Source of the DNA: Utricularia gibba
Lineage: Eukaryota; Plantae; Magnoliophyta
Length of the DNA stretch: 64,000 nucleotides
Assembly: GCA_002189035.1 (NCBI GenBank)
Contig: CM007989.1
Location: 8,184,001 to 8,248,000 of the forward strand
Direction: 5' to 3'
Both the position numbers and the translations under genes were made by a program. Shown piece after piece: positions 40,123 through 53,066 of this stretch; the stretch's first letter is position 1; the number at the start of each line of letters is the position of its first letter. The notes below the pieces were generated by a model that saw only the letters and a list, made by a program, of their open reading frames with translations, was not told the DNA's origin and ran no database searches.

Positions 40123-42665
40123 CTAGTCCAGCCAGCGAGTGATTCCATCTTCACCAACAGCCGCTAATATCTCAATGCGAGCATCTAGAATGGCCTGCGG
40201 ATAAATACAACATCAATTTGAACTGAGGAACTGCACAATGGGAACTTGAAGTTGAATCCTGGACTTGGATAATGTGTGTGCACTTTGTACTTGAAAAACA
40301 AACTTACAAGGGGTTTCTGCAGTTTACCAGCCTGCACTCCTCCAAACAGCCTTCAAATGCCCAGCTTTCCCAAACGTCAAAACTATGGCTCGCAAACACA
40401 AACTCCATCCTTCGATTTATCTGGAAGGTTAATGGAATTGTGTCGGGAGAGGGAGTAGGGTACGACAGTATCCAACAAGTGAAAATAAACTACATGAATA
40501 AAGCACAGGCTAACGAAGGTGACATTTGCTACCTGTAATAGCTTCCCTCCAGCGGTAAATGATCTCAAACCAATTGTATCCTACAAAATTTAGAAACTAC
40601 TTACATTTCATTCTGTAAATTATAGTGTACCTTGTGAAATTTTTGGAAACTATAATGCCACGATGCTGAAGATAACAGTAGGAGTGCATGAGAAACATAA
40701 AAGGACTCTTGATGGACAAACCTTGTCCCTAAAAACAACAAGGAATTGTGCAGCGGGATCCCTTCTTGATATATCTGGTAATGTGTCAAGGAACCAACCA
40801 CCTCCTTGAAGTCTTTGTCTTGAAACATACAATGCAGAACGACCTACTGAACGCAATGCTATTATATGACCATCTTGCAAACGTTCTGATCTTCTACTAA
40901 AATCCACGCTTGAATTTGATATTAGCTCAGGAGAAACATCAGCTTTGGAGTCAATGGGTGTTTTCCGGTTCCTTGAATCTTCTGGTGAACCAAAATGTGG
41001 ACCAGAACTCAAAAGATTTTCAGTGCCACTCGTAGAAGCATCATCTTCCCTGTATGAGCTACTCTCTTTTTCGAAATTCAAAGCTTCATCCACTTTGTTC
41101 TGAGATTTCTGGCGTGCATGTCTCCTTTTTGCTTTCTTGCTAGATCTGCTTTGCTTTACTCCAGATCGGTTGGGAGCACTTTGAGACAAGACTGAAGGCT
41201 GCCTTTGAGACAAAGCCTCCTCCTCTGACTTTTTTACGGCCATTTTATGGGAGCTTTCTGCAGATGCTGAAATACCTTCAGCCTGTCTGTCACCAACTGA
41301 ACCCTGGAATGAAGCTTCATCATCAAGATTCTGACTTTCTTCATTTTTGTATCCAAGTTCACTTCCAACATCATCATCAGAAACAGCATCCTTGGGTAGA
41401 ACATTATCGTTGAAGAATTTTTGCAGAATTGAAATTGCTTTTCCACGTATCTCTGACCAGACTTCTTCACTATAGTCTGCACTGCGAGGAAGAATCAAAA
41501 CGTTGGGTATCTCCCTAACCTGGAAAAAAGAACGGCAAGCTTCTGAATCATATAACCGTGTCACATTTCAAACTTGAAATTATACCCATGCTTCCATCCA
41601 CTGGGGCCCTTCAGCACCATCCAATGCACAGCCAGCAAGGGTACCATCAATCAAAAGTTGTTTCACAGCACAATCATCCAATAGCTGGCTGCTTCCAGTA
41701 TTCACAAGAAATGCCCCTTCAAGGAAGCACCATACAATCAGAAAGACTCCTGGGAAAAGAACTAAAAACACTAAACTTATCATTGACAAAGATGGTATAA
41801 ATTACCAGGCTTTATGTGCTGTAAACGATCCGCATTAATAATTTGAACCGTATCACTGGAAAGAGAGCAATGGAGTGATACAACGTCACTTGCAGCCAGC
41901 AAATCATTCAGTGTATCCATTCTTCGGGCTGCAGATGGGAATCTCAACGAGGACCTGCTCGGTTTACCCTCTCCCTACTCAGAAAAAAAAACCTGACTTT
42001 GACATGGCGGTAATTTGAGATTAAATCTCAAGAACACTGAACTATCCAAGGAGCCTCCGTAAGCAGAAAAAAGCTGCAGAATTGCACCATACCTCACGCA
42101 CATCAAAGTACAAAACGCTCATCTTGAAAGCCAAGCTCCTGAGAGCCAATGACGCCGCAGAGGCAGATCTACCAACAATACCCAACACCAATCCTCTGCA
42201 TCTACGCATTCCACGGCAGAGCGGCTGCACAGAACCAAGCCAACCAGACGCAGAGAGCGCATGCCTAGAGAGAAGATGCGTTCGCCTAAGTAATCCCAAT
42301 ATAAGCGCCATGACAGAATCCGCCACTTCCTCAGCCCTGCTCACGTCGACGTGAATCAACTGATTCAATCCAAGCTCCGAAGCTACAGCTGAGTCGATCC
42401 CCCGGTCAGCAGACCCAAGACACAGAATGAGCTGCCATGGACGGATCCGTCGCTGCGCGGCTCGCGGAAGGAAGGAGAGCGAGTGAACAATAACTGCCGC
42501 CGCCGACTCTATCCGCGAGTCCGCTAGGCGACTCAGCGGCACGTGCTCCACCAGGGCAACGTCGGCGAGGCATTCCTGCTCCAGAGCTACATCCTCGATG
42601 CAATTCAGCGTCACGACTAGAGGCAGAGAATGAGCCACGGACAGAGATGTCTCACGATGAGGCAT
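40123..42665 (-). CDS. AN: ANGUSTIFOLIA (plant CtBP/BARS homolog); 1-nt phase mismatch at the last intron as assembled
   Basis: LPLVVTLNCIED, LLRRTHLLSRH, GAFLVNTGSSQLLDD, RRDPAAQFLV, RRMEFVFASHSFDVWESW and GEDGITRWLD. Confidence 0.95.
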
Positions 42666-43076
42666 TTCTAGTGAAAAACTACAATCAATAGAGAGCTTTT
42701 CACCACCACGAAACGCGACCCAGAATTCGCAGGTGCAGTTAGAGAAGGACCATCATCTTCTTCCTTTGTTTTCTTCACAGTGAAGATGCCACGAAGTTGG
42801 AGGGTTTCCAAATACTTTTATTCTGCTTAGTTCGTCTCCCCTGCACCGTCCGATTCACTTCATCTGGCGGCTGGATGCTTAGTCGCTAAAATGAGATGAA
42901 CATGCTCCCACTTTCAAACAAGGCGATCCTCCGGCGCCCGTTTAGGGTTTAGGCCGTTTTTTCGGGTCGGGTCAATTTGACTTGACACACATACCAGGAC
43001 TCATGCAATAATAAATAAAAGTCAATACATGTGTACTGGGAAAGATCAAACAAAAACTTAGTATTCCCCTGTAACT

Positions 43077-44532
43077 CTACCTACTATCTACTGGATGTGA
43101 TGGTTGAACAGGTAGCAACTGAGAAGAATCCTCATCTGTGTTGGCAACCGCAGCAGCTTTGTTCCTCAACTTGGTGTTGTTGTAAGCGACAACCCCTGCT
43201 ATAGCTGCAATTGGAATTGGAATATAGATTTGAAACTTCGGCCAACTGCACAAACGGAATGACAAGCAGAGATACATACCAATGACATAGCCGAAAAGAT
43301 TGATGAGAGTTAGCTTGGTGTCTGCAAAAAGTAGCGCAGAGACAAGAACCACGATCCAGTCCTTGACAACCCCCGCCACACGGATAGTCAGCGCACTAGT
43401 GTGTGTGATGACAAGGAACACGGAGAGGTTGAGGGCGAATGTGCAGAGGGAGTTGAGGACTAGGATCAGAGGCTTGAAGCTCCAATTCCCTTGCTCCATC
43501 ATTCTGGGCTTCTCTAACAATATCCATGGGATCAAAAGACAAATGGCACTGCACAGGTAAATGAATGTTTCTCAAATTTGAAAAGAGGATCATGGAAGGA
43601 AAAATGCCTGCAAGAAACCACCTGCCTGCAAGGACTAACATAGTACATCACAGATACTGGATTTAGCTTTAGGCCCTTTCGTTTGACTAAAATCTCCATA
43701 AATATCAGTCTCAAAGCTTCCCCAACTACACCTCCCATCTGGTAAACAACACCTACCCAACTGATTTCTATCTCTCCGTAGGAAGCAATCACTACCCCAC
43801 CACTGATGACTAACATTATGAGAAGCATCCTGCGACTCATCACCTCCAATCCAGCTACAATGCCAAGAATGAAAACCGCAACTGGCACTGTGGAATAACC
43901 AATAGAAAATAAGTGAATGTTCACAGGAAACAATGAATATTTCCATTCACGTACTAACTGCTTTCAACATCTGAGCAAATGCCACAGAAATGTAGAGGTA
44001 AGCAGTGTTGCCTAACCACAGTGTCATTGCAAACATTGCACCAATCGGGACCACAGAAGTCAGATATCTGCCACACAAGATCAATGCTATCATATCAGAA
44101 TCCTAAAAAACGAGGAAAAACTACCGTCTACATGATAAACTTACATATCCAAAGTCATCCCTTCCTCAACCTTCATAATCTGCAAACAAGGGTCATAATG
44201 AGCAAGGTGGCCATTGAATCTGATATTCCCCGATCAAGTATCACTAACCTTGAAGACCTTGGTGAGAATAAAGCATAATATGGAGGAGAATACCATGTGA
44301 AGCAGCGTCAGCGCAAGGGGGTATGGAAAATTGACTTCCTTGGATGACAAAACCCACTACATTCAATAAATCGTTGCTCATCAGTCAGTTCAAGCAGAAC
44401 CAGCGAAATAACCACACGAAAAAGAGAAACCTTATTAAAGAAGATTTGCCCACTGGATAGCACAATATATAGGAGAATATAAGCGTAAATCAGAAACTCT
44501 CCTTTCAAATAACTTCTCAAGTGATCGCCCAT
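43077..44532 (-). CDS. TPT-family nucleotide-sugar/sugar-phosphate translocator (At3g14410/At1g53660-like)
   Basis: [64 protein letters not shown]; one GC-AG intron. Confidence 0.92.
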
Positions 44533-45259
44533 TGCAGAGCAGCGTCCACAGCGAGGATCCACGGCGGCTGCCTTTCCGATGAGGGCCAATTTCGCAACTG
44601 TCGCAGATCTAGGCGAGCGTTTGTTTTCTTTAGCGCCATTAAATATTTATATACAAATACAATTTATATACTAAGTTATATTTAAATTCCCATCGAAAAT
44701 TCCCTGCTGAACTGACACAGACGTTTGATCGTTCGGAGGACTGAATTTGCCGGCGGCGCGGTGGATTTCTTGAAATTTCGGTATTTGTGGTATTCCTTTC
44801 CGTCAAATTTAGCCATCTGGTGAATGCGAAGTGCATGCAAACACTTGACGTCATGCCTCAGTTGCGGGAAAACTCTGGCGAGAATCGTGCAAAATGCTAT
44901 GACTAGGCTCTACGATCGGTGTCCTGATTAGGGTTTGTAGTTTTTTTTAACCACTTGACGCTATGCCTCAGCTGTATTCCCTTGTTTCTGTAGCATGGAG
45001 AGCTGTGTGGCTTTTGTTTTATTTCCCTGAAAAATGCTCCTATCTTGTTGTTTTTGTGATATTCAGGAATACATTTTCCGGGGTAGCAACAGCAAAGAAA
45101 AAAATCACTTTGTTGGAAAATTTGCTACTGGATCACCAAATTTCAAGAAGAAGACTGAACTAAAGTCATTGCGAAAAGAAGGCCTGCAGGGCCGCCAAAT
45201 CACTGATGCTTAGCGGGTATTATGTTCGCCCGTTGGTGTATCCTGATACAGGAATTAGA

Positions 45260-45520
45260 ATGAATTCCATATCAGAGAAGCAACAGTGGATACGCCAGGG
45301 GGGTGTCCAGTTATAAGAGCAGAGGCTCCACATAGAAACTCGTATCCTGGAGCTTGAGAAGGAGAGATTCACATGGCAGAGGTTCTGCCGGAAGAAGGAC
45401 ATGGAACTTCACACCGCGCGGATGGAATAAAACAGATGAAGCTCGCAAACGAGAGCATGGCACTAGAGCTCAAGAAGAAGGAGATGGAGCTCAATAGCAA
45501 CTGGTTTTCTGAGTGTTCCT
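45260..45520 (+). pseudogene. Relic of the C-terminal coiled coil of an At1g21200/HRA1-type trihelix gene
   Basis: KQQWIRQGGVQL*EQRLHIETRILELEKERFTWQRFCRKKDMEL...[fs]QMKLANESMALELKKKE resembles the family tail, recalled from memory. TAA stops at 45314 and 45428; no trihelix domain upstream. Confidence 0.75.
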
Positions 45521-45655
45521 GGTCTGAAATGGACCCATCATCTGTCTGCATGATGCTGTCATGCGTTCTAGACAGATGCATTCTCTCATTTCGTTTAACA
45601 AAAAATTCACATCCCCCACTATGGCAATAGTCCAGATCGAGTAAGATTTGTGAGG

Positions 45656-48600
45656 CTACCCCTCAACTACTTGTCTGATATGTGGAAACTTCTCTGCCCA
45701 ACATGAATACCCTGCGAGTATGATGAACACATGAACATATTAACATGTGTAATATGCAGGAACCAAAGTAATCGTACCCGAATGAACTATATCACTGAGG
45801 TCAGCCACTGAGTTAGGATCACAAGAAGCAGGATCCTCCTGTACAGTTCATTCCATAACTTCAAGTTAGAGCAGCTCACATTGTCAATGGTTCTCTTCTT
45901 TCTTTATCAGAGCAAAACATTGTGCGCATTCTCGGTATCATTACCTGGGAATAAGTAACCAAGCTTCTCTTAAGTAGCAGCGCCACAGACATCAAGTCGC
46001 CCATCTTAAAATCATGCTGCTGTAGAAGAACAACCTCGGATGTCATTTCAAGTATTAATGAGCATATGCTCGATGCCATCATAACAACGGATGGTTCCTG
46101 TGTGTTCTCTGCAAAATTTTCAAAATTCAGTTTAAAAAAATTTCCAATGAGAACTGACGGAGGATGTAAAATGGGCATGGAAATGTTCTGCAACGAAGCC
46201 TCAGGGGAGGAAGGTAACTATGACTAAGCAGTGAGATGCAGCTTGGTTGAAACTTGGGAAGCAGCTACCCCATTTTCTAGAAACTGTGTTTCAAACAAGT
46301 GAATAGGGTCTGGGTTTCCAAGAACACCCAACGACTCCACTAGCAACCATCTGAAGAACTAAAGAAGATATAGAGATAGAGAATACAAAAACACGGGAGG
46401 AAGCATAAGCATACTTGCCCAACGTGGCAAGACTTCCAAGAGCTTCACATAGTAAGATTCATATGACAAAAAGTGACGACGTTCCTGCTGCAGAAAATTG
46501 AAAAGAAAAACAAATTATAGCTCTGATCATCTTCTGTTCATCATGATATGAAGTTCAAAGATCTACCTTCAAAAGGATATTTAAAATTGTGTCACAGGCC
46601 AAGAATATAGAATTGGAATCCTCAACTTGAGAATCACTTGAATCTATCAATTTTATTAGGTATCCTACCACCTGAAAATGGCGCAAGATCCCGAAGTAAA
46701 ATATACATAAAACCAAGAAAGTGCATTAGCATATTAAAAAATATTCTTACTGTCTCAATAGCGTCAGAAGCAAAAAAAATCTTGCATCCATCGTTCTCCA
46801 TTGTCATTTGACACATTAAAGGGAGCAAAAAGGATACACAAGAGGGATTGCTGTCAAACACAAAGAAAAAATTAGACTTGGCTACTCAAACTGTCAAGGA
46901 AAAAATTACTAGATTGTTGCAGGTCTAACTTAAACTCATCCTGCCCCTGAAGCGTCAACATATAACCAAGAAGTTCTTCAACCTTCTCTTTGCATGCAAA
47001 GGGTGCTTCAGCAAGATAACTGAAACCAAAGTCCAAAAAATACTAATTGTCCTACAACATTTAAAAAAAATAATAATGTCTATCAAAAAGCCTTCTTACA
47101 AATGAAATTACTACCAAATATGATGCAAAAATATAAAAAAAAATCATAAATTTAATATAATAAAGCATTTACAAATCAAAAAAACTACTGATTAATAGAG
47201 ATGGGAGAAAGAAATCACCTCCCAGCTATCCTGACACAGGCTAAAAGGTCATCCCCTTTTCTCCTTTCATGGGCCTACGGAAAAACAGAACCAGCAACAC
47301 AGGTCACATATGAACTGGAGAATGAGATGGCATGTTCCACAATGAGGATCTCACCTTTGCATCTAGCAAATAATCAAGAACATCACTGATTGTCTCATCT
47401 AGCGCAGAAATGATCTTTGTGAAAGTGCTTTCACTAATAACGTCAGTTAGCCCAGAATCTGCATACAAATACAATTGTAAACCGCTAATTACTGATGAGA
47501 CGATATCATTTTAAACAATAAGCACCTTGGCCACCACCAGCTTTTGAGATGAGCTTAATAACCTTTTCTAACAAAGAAAAGACAACACCCAGATTCCTTA
47601 GCTTAAGAAGAAAGCTTTCAGAATCAGGAGGGGAAACTTCATACGTTAAATATGCTAGCTCATTCAAGACAACGGCAATTTCAACTCTGGATGATTCCAA
47701 AACAAGAAGAATACATCTGCAAAGGAAACGTAGGATATAAAAATAATTAGGCAATTGCAATAATGATCATATAAGAATAAAAGAAATGTATAAAATAGGG
47801 GAAAAAAAAAGAGAAAACCGCGCTCATTTGTCACCTATCAGCAGGGAAAGAGGTATTTGACTCAGGTAAAGCAGTTTTCTCTACCAGCCATTCTTCGCCA
47901 TAAATTGATATGATACCCTCAGCAATGATAAGGGCCTCAAATTTTTGACTGGGAGCTGCAAAGAAGACAAAGTGAGGTTAAAAGAGCAGCTATACATCTC
48001 AATGACAACAAAAAAAAAAAATGTTTGAAGTGAACCAAAACGTGTTAACTGGAGTAGAGCCCTCCACAGCAGCTTGCTGTCATCGTCTTTTTTTTTTTTT
48101 TTTTTTTTTGAAAGGCAAATCTTCTCAAATAAATTTAAATGAAACGCTTGCACCTGAATCTTTACAAAACTTTCAACACAACATACCAACCCGATTCTGT
48201 AAAATATCCATTACTCCAGAACGTGCAGTACTCATCCAATCACGAGACACCCTTGACCTAAGATTTTCATGGAGAGTATCCTAAAGGCCAGAGATGTTAA
48301 TATGAATAAGACACGGAGTAAATGAAGATCAGAATAAAACAGCAGTAAACAAATTAACTATGTACAAATATACCACGAAATTTGAAGAAAACATAGCGGA
48401 AAGGAGGTGGAGGGCGTCAAACTTCACTGCATTCTGGAGGAGAGCAAATTGTTTGGCAATTGTAGGTACCTCGAAGAAGAAATAGAAATAAGATACGCGC
48501 AGGTAGATCAAAATATTAGCATGTGAAGTACAGAGCGAGTGAAAATATACATTACCATCTCTGATAGCTCATATACATGATCAGCAAATCCTCCTTCACC

Positions 48601-49530
48601 AATCTTACTTATGACCAGAAGAACAAGTTTAATAGCAAGCTCCATGTCGTGGGAACCTGTTGCATTCAGCAGAAAAATCACACTCTACTCCCCTTATTAT
48701 AACTGAGGCATGGCCCAGCATCATGAAATTGCAACTGTGATTCAATATTTGTCACTTTAACCGTATGAAGCATGCCAATGAAATAGTTCTTGAAATGGTT
48801 CAAAGTGATGAATTCCATGAATTCAGGCTGATTACCTATTTTCAAAGCAGGCATTTGAATGTACGCAGCTCTTATCAGTCCTGACTCATACAACGTTGCA
48901 GCACCATTCTTGTGAGCGGTTGAAACCAAAAAGAGAAATTCAAAGCAATCCCCAGTGATAGCTGGAACCGGTCTGAGAATAAAAAAGAAAACACATTAAA
49001 TTTTTCCACGATTAGTACATACAACGCATCTAACAATAAAACACCATCGAACTGACGCCGATACGGCCATCCTAGAGTCGAGAGAGAGCCAGAAACGAGA
49101 ATGACATACTCCTTGGAAATAGCATCCAAAACAATGGGAACTTTGGAGAGCATTCCATCACTGGAAGCAATTTCGGGAACCCTGGAAAGTGCCGCAAGCA
49201 CAGAGACAGCCAACTCCAGAAACGCCGCGCGGTCGCCGCCTACACCTCCACCGCCATGGTTTTCACCATGCCCAATCCCTAAATCAAAGAAAGATTCATC
49301 CCTGAACAAGCCCAAAACATAACGACCAAGATAAAATGCAAACACTTGCATCATACCCTACCTGTGAGCAGAAGACGTAGAAGGAAATTGGGGTCGATAG
49401 CGTTATAGACATCGATAATAGCTTTATGATCATCTTTGTCACACAATTTGGTGACGAGAAGGAGGCCAGCCATGCGCTCAGAGTCGGATTTCCCCTTCAA
49501 AAGCTTCTTCAAATCCTCCATAGAAGCCAT
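45656..49530 (-). CDS. Neurochondrin-family ARM-like protein (At4g32050-like)
   Basis: KGKSDSERMAGLLLVTKLC, ILQNRVAPSQK, LLVLESSRVEIAVVLNELAYL, FLACDTILNILLK and ends GYSCWAEKFPHIRQVVEG. All exons traced in phase. Confidence 0.88.
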
Positions 49531-49788
49531 GGCGCACGTATTCCCAAACACGAAGACTGCCAAGCCTCTTTTCTTTGCCCTTTATATTCATTTTTTTCTT
49601 AAATAAATTCAATTTTATATACTTTTTTATTTAAGAATAATTTTTTTAGTTTACTTTATTATTATTTTCCAAATTAAATTCACTTTGGACAAAAAAAAAA
49701 TCACGTTATTACATAACACGTGCATGAGAAAGAATGCAAACATCTAACCCTTTGTCTGCATGGGCTAATGCTCTTTGTTTGTCACCGC

Positions 49789-51010
49789 TTAACATCTAGA
49801 TGCAGGAGGGCAGTTCAGAGCACCAGCAGACTTCGTCAAGGATCGCACAGCCCTTCCATCTGCAACAGGAAACGCCTGATCGGGGCCGTAGTTCGGCTTC
49901 ATCGATACACCGTCGCCGAATCCCGCCTTGAAGGATGCTCCGTTCTCGAACACGTCGTTCACGGATTTTAGATTCGCAGTTGCGGCGACGTCCCAAGTGA
50001 TCTATCAGAACAGCGGTTTGAGAATCAAAGGGAAGAGTAGGCATACCCGGAGAAGAAGAAGAAGAAGAAGCAGACCTCTTTGTTTCCTCCATTTGGTGCA
50101 ATGAACAGATTCCCCTGGCTCTTGATGCTGGGGTTCATGCTTCCTCCAATGGCGTATATCCCCCACCCCAGATACATATTGTTCACGACATGGGCGTATC
50201 CGAAGCGTATCCTGCGTGCAGCATCGTGTCAGCAGATTCGATCATGGAAGCAGTTACAGTTGGAGCTGTGTACCTTGGCATCCTCTGATGGCAACTAGGG
50301 CCAAAGTTATTGAATGCAACGGTGACCTTCATGTTCCTGTCCTGTTGGTACCCGTCGTCGTGCCCCAGCAGCATCACCTTGTTTTGGAACTTGAACCAGT
50401 TGTTGGATATGGTGATCGCGGTGGAGCCTCGCGACACGTCGATCAGGCCGTCCTGGCAGTCGTGGAGAGTGTTGTGATCGATCCAAATGTTGGACGACGA
50501 CACCACCCGGATGGCGTCGCCGTCGACCCCTCCGATAGCAACGCAGTCGTGGATATGGAGTCCATGGATGATCACATTCGTCACCTGGTTTAGCGTGAGC
50601 CCGGCTCCATGGGCGATGTGGACGTTGGCTCCTCGCCCGTCGATCACCGAGAAGCTTTTGACAGGAAGAGGTGCAGCCAGTTTGATGCTCATGTCTCTGG
50701 CGAATGTGACCCAGACCTTCCCTTTGGTGCACGCCATGGCGTATCTCAAGGTCCCCGGCTTCGGCTTCAAGGGATCATCGCTGGGATCCACAACCTGGTA
50801 AATGGTGACGTCGGGGCCGATGTTTTGTCTCATTTTCCCGGCGAAGCCGATGGAGCACATGGCTAACTGGTGGCGATTGCTCCGCCAGTTGGGGTTGCTC
50901 CGCCAGCACATGTCGATGGGGTTCATCACGTCGTTGATCGCTCTTCCGGCGTCGACGATGCCCCAGATCATGATAAGCGCGATCGGAACCATAGCCATCG
51001 GAGAAGCCAT
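49789..51010 (-). CDS. Secreted pectate lyase (PL1 / Amb a 1-like, short-loop subtype)
   Basis: Signal peptide, [29 protein letters not shown] and [16 protein letters not shown]; 3 exons. Confidence 0.93.
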
Positions 51011-53066
51011 GGTATCAAGAATCAATATTCTTGATGGGGGAGACAGACAACAGAAGTGCAGAGAAGGCCACGAGAATCAAATCACGACAAGGTGGGATTT
51101 TTATAGCAAAACAGGATGGGGTGGTGGAGCCTTGTCTTCAGGGCGAAAGATCCAATCACAGCCATCCCTTGTTCGTCTCCTCCCCCAAAAATCTCCAACC
51201 ATTTTGGTCCTCTCGAATACCTAACTACACATGATCAAGCACTAATTCCAAATCAAACACACGCATAATCCGTACTACATTCATCACCTCCATGAATATA
51301 TCCTAGGGTCGATCATGCAAACAAATCATGCTCCACAAGGATGAATGACACAACTAATGGCATAACATACCCAACAAAATAGTAAACACATTGTTTAGAA
51401 TAGTAAGAATATCGATTATCAAGATTACATCACATTTGCTATATGTTTTATGTAAATTTCTTTGACCTATAAAATTGATCAATAACAAAAAAACAAACTC
51501 TATTATCTCTCAATTCAACAAAACATGCTTCAAGGATAAGAGCAAGTAGGCTCTACAAGTAGGATAAGTCAACTTAATTTTGAGATATCCATCTATGTAT
51601 CAAAATAATCAATGAAATATACATCTACTAAATCAAAGAGACCCTGACTAATAGTATATGTTATGTCTTATCGACCATGAGACAGATAAATTAGTCTTCC
51701 AACTATCTTCTAGAGGATTCGTTAAAAAATCATGTATTTGTATTTTTATTCATATTCATCTTAGTTCTATTAAATTTCAATTTCATCCTTTTCTTTTAAA
51801 CAAATCAACTTTTTTTTACTGTTTCTATCTATACAAATCTAAAATGTAAAACTGTTCGTTATTGATCGTCCAAACTTTCGATACATTTTTTTTTAATATT
51901 TCGATACGAACATTTTGTCCACACACACAAAGTTTTTCAAAATCTATGTAAATTAACCATATTCACATTTATCCTAAGTAAATTTAAAACTTTTGATCAA
52001 AAGATGATGATCCACATACATAAAAAGTTGATAGGATTGGGAATTGAATGCTTGAGAGCATGGAGGTTGAACCACTCCCGTGCTCACCATAAAAGCCCCA
52101 CACTAAATGTCGATCCCTCCCGGTGGGGTGCACCATCGACACACAGATTCCACATTCATGGGATTACTTGAATTTCAAATTAATATTATAAATTACAATA
52201 TGTTTACTTCATTAATTTAAATAAATCCAAAATTACGTGAATTTTTTTTAATTATATGTTCACGAGTTTATTTAAAAATGTTCACTATGCATCATATTTC
52301 AAAGCTCATTTCGAAAACCCTTATATTAAACTTGAGTGTATGTCTCCATTACGAGTATGATGATTCTATTTATACTCTATATTTAAAACTATATCTTTAT
52401 TACTTTAATTAATACCAATTAATATCAAGTTGGATCGTAATAATTAAATATTATTCAAACTTAATTAAATTAAACCTAAGATCAAACATTCTTTTATACC
52501 TATCAAATACGAACGGGTTATATTTCAAAAAATTATTATTTCTTAAAATAAGCACTTTCACAAAGTGTATTTTTAATATGAGATATGTTTTAATATTTCG
52601 TTAAGTATATATAGAAATAAATTCAGGAAATTAAATAACATGAATAATTCGTACGGTAAATGGTAGGGGGCGGGGGTAAATAAATAAAAAAATTACATTA
52701 GGCGGTCATTAAATGGGGCATTATTTGATTTGTCGGCCCATGGCAATTATCATCGGGAGTCCCGAGTTAATTATTTTTCTGAATCATAAATACTTTGATT
52801 CGCTGTCTTAATTGGACATCCTGCTTTTTTTTTTATTCGTTTAATTAATTTTAATATTTATTGGATATTTTGGGAGGGAGGGAGCATTGATGAAGTAAAG
52901 GGCAAGCACCTACCAGCCAGCAGCGCACTTAAAAGCTGCCTCGAAACCGTCGGAAAAAAGATGCGTCACTCATATTCCTGCACTTTGGCTCCCTCTTTCC
53001 CACTGGGAGAGTGAGTTCGCGAGTTGGGTTCTAGATCGCGTTCCGGTGAAGGGAAATGGCAGGCGG

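Noticed and set aside
41717-41805. In-frame alternative acceptor in AN adding 11 aa
   Set aside because: It would need a 56-nt intron, at the plant lower limit; the distal AG gives the conserved sequence.
52060-52150. GC patch with a short stem (TGTCGAT...ATCGACA)
   Set aside because: No tRNA cloverleaf or A/B boxes.
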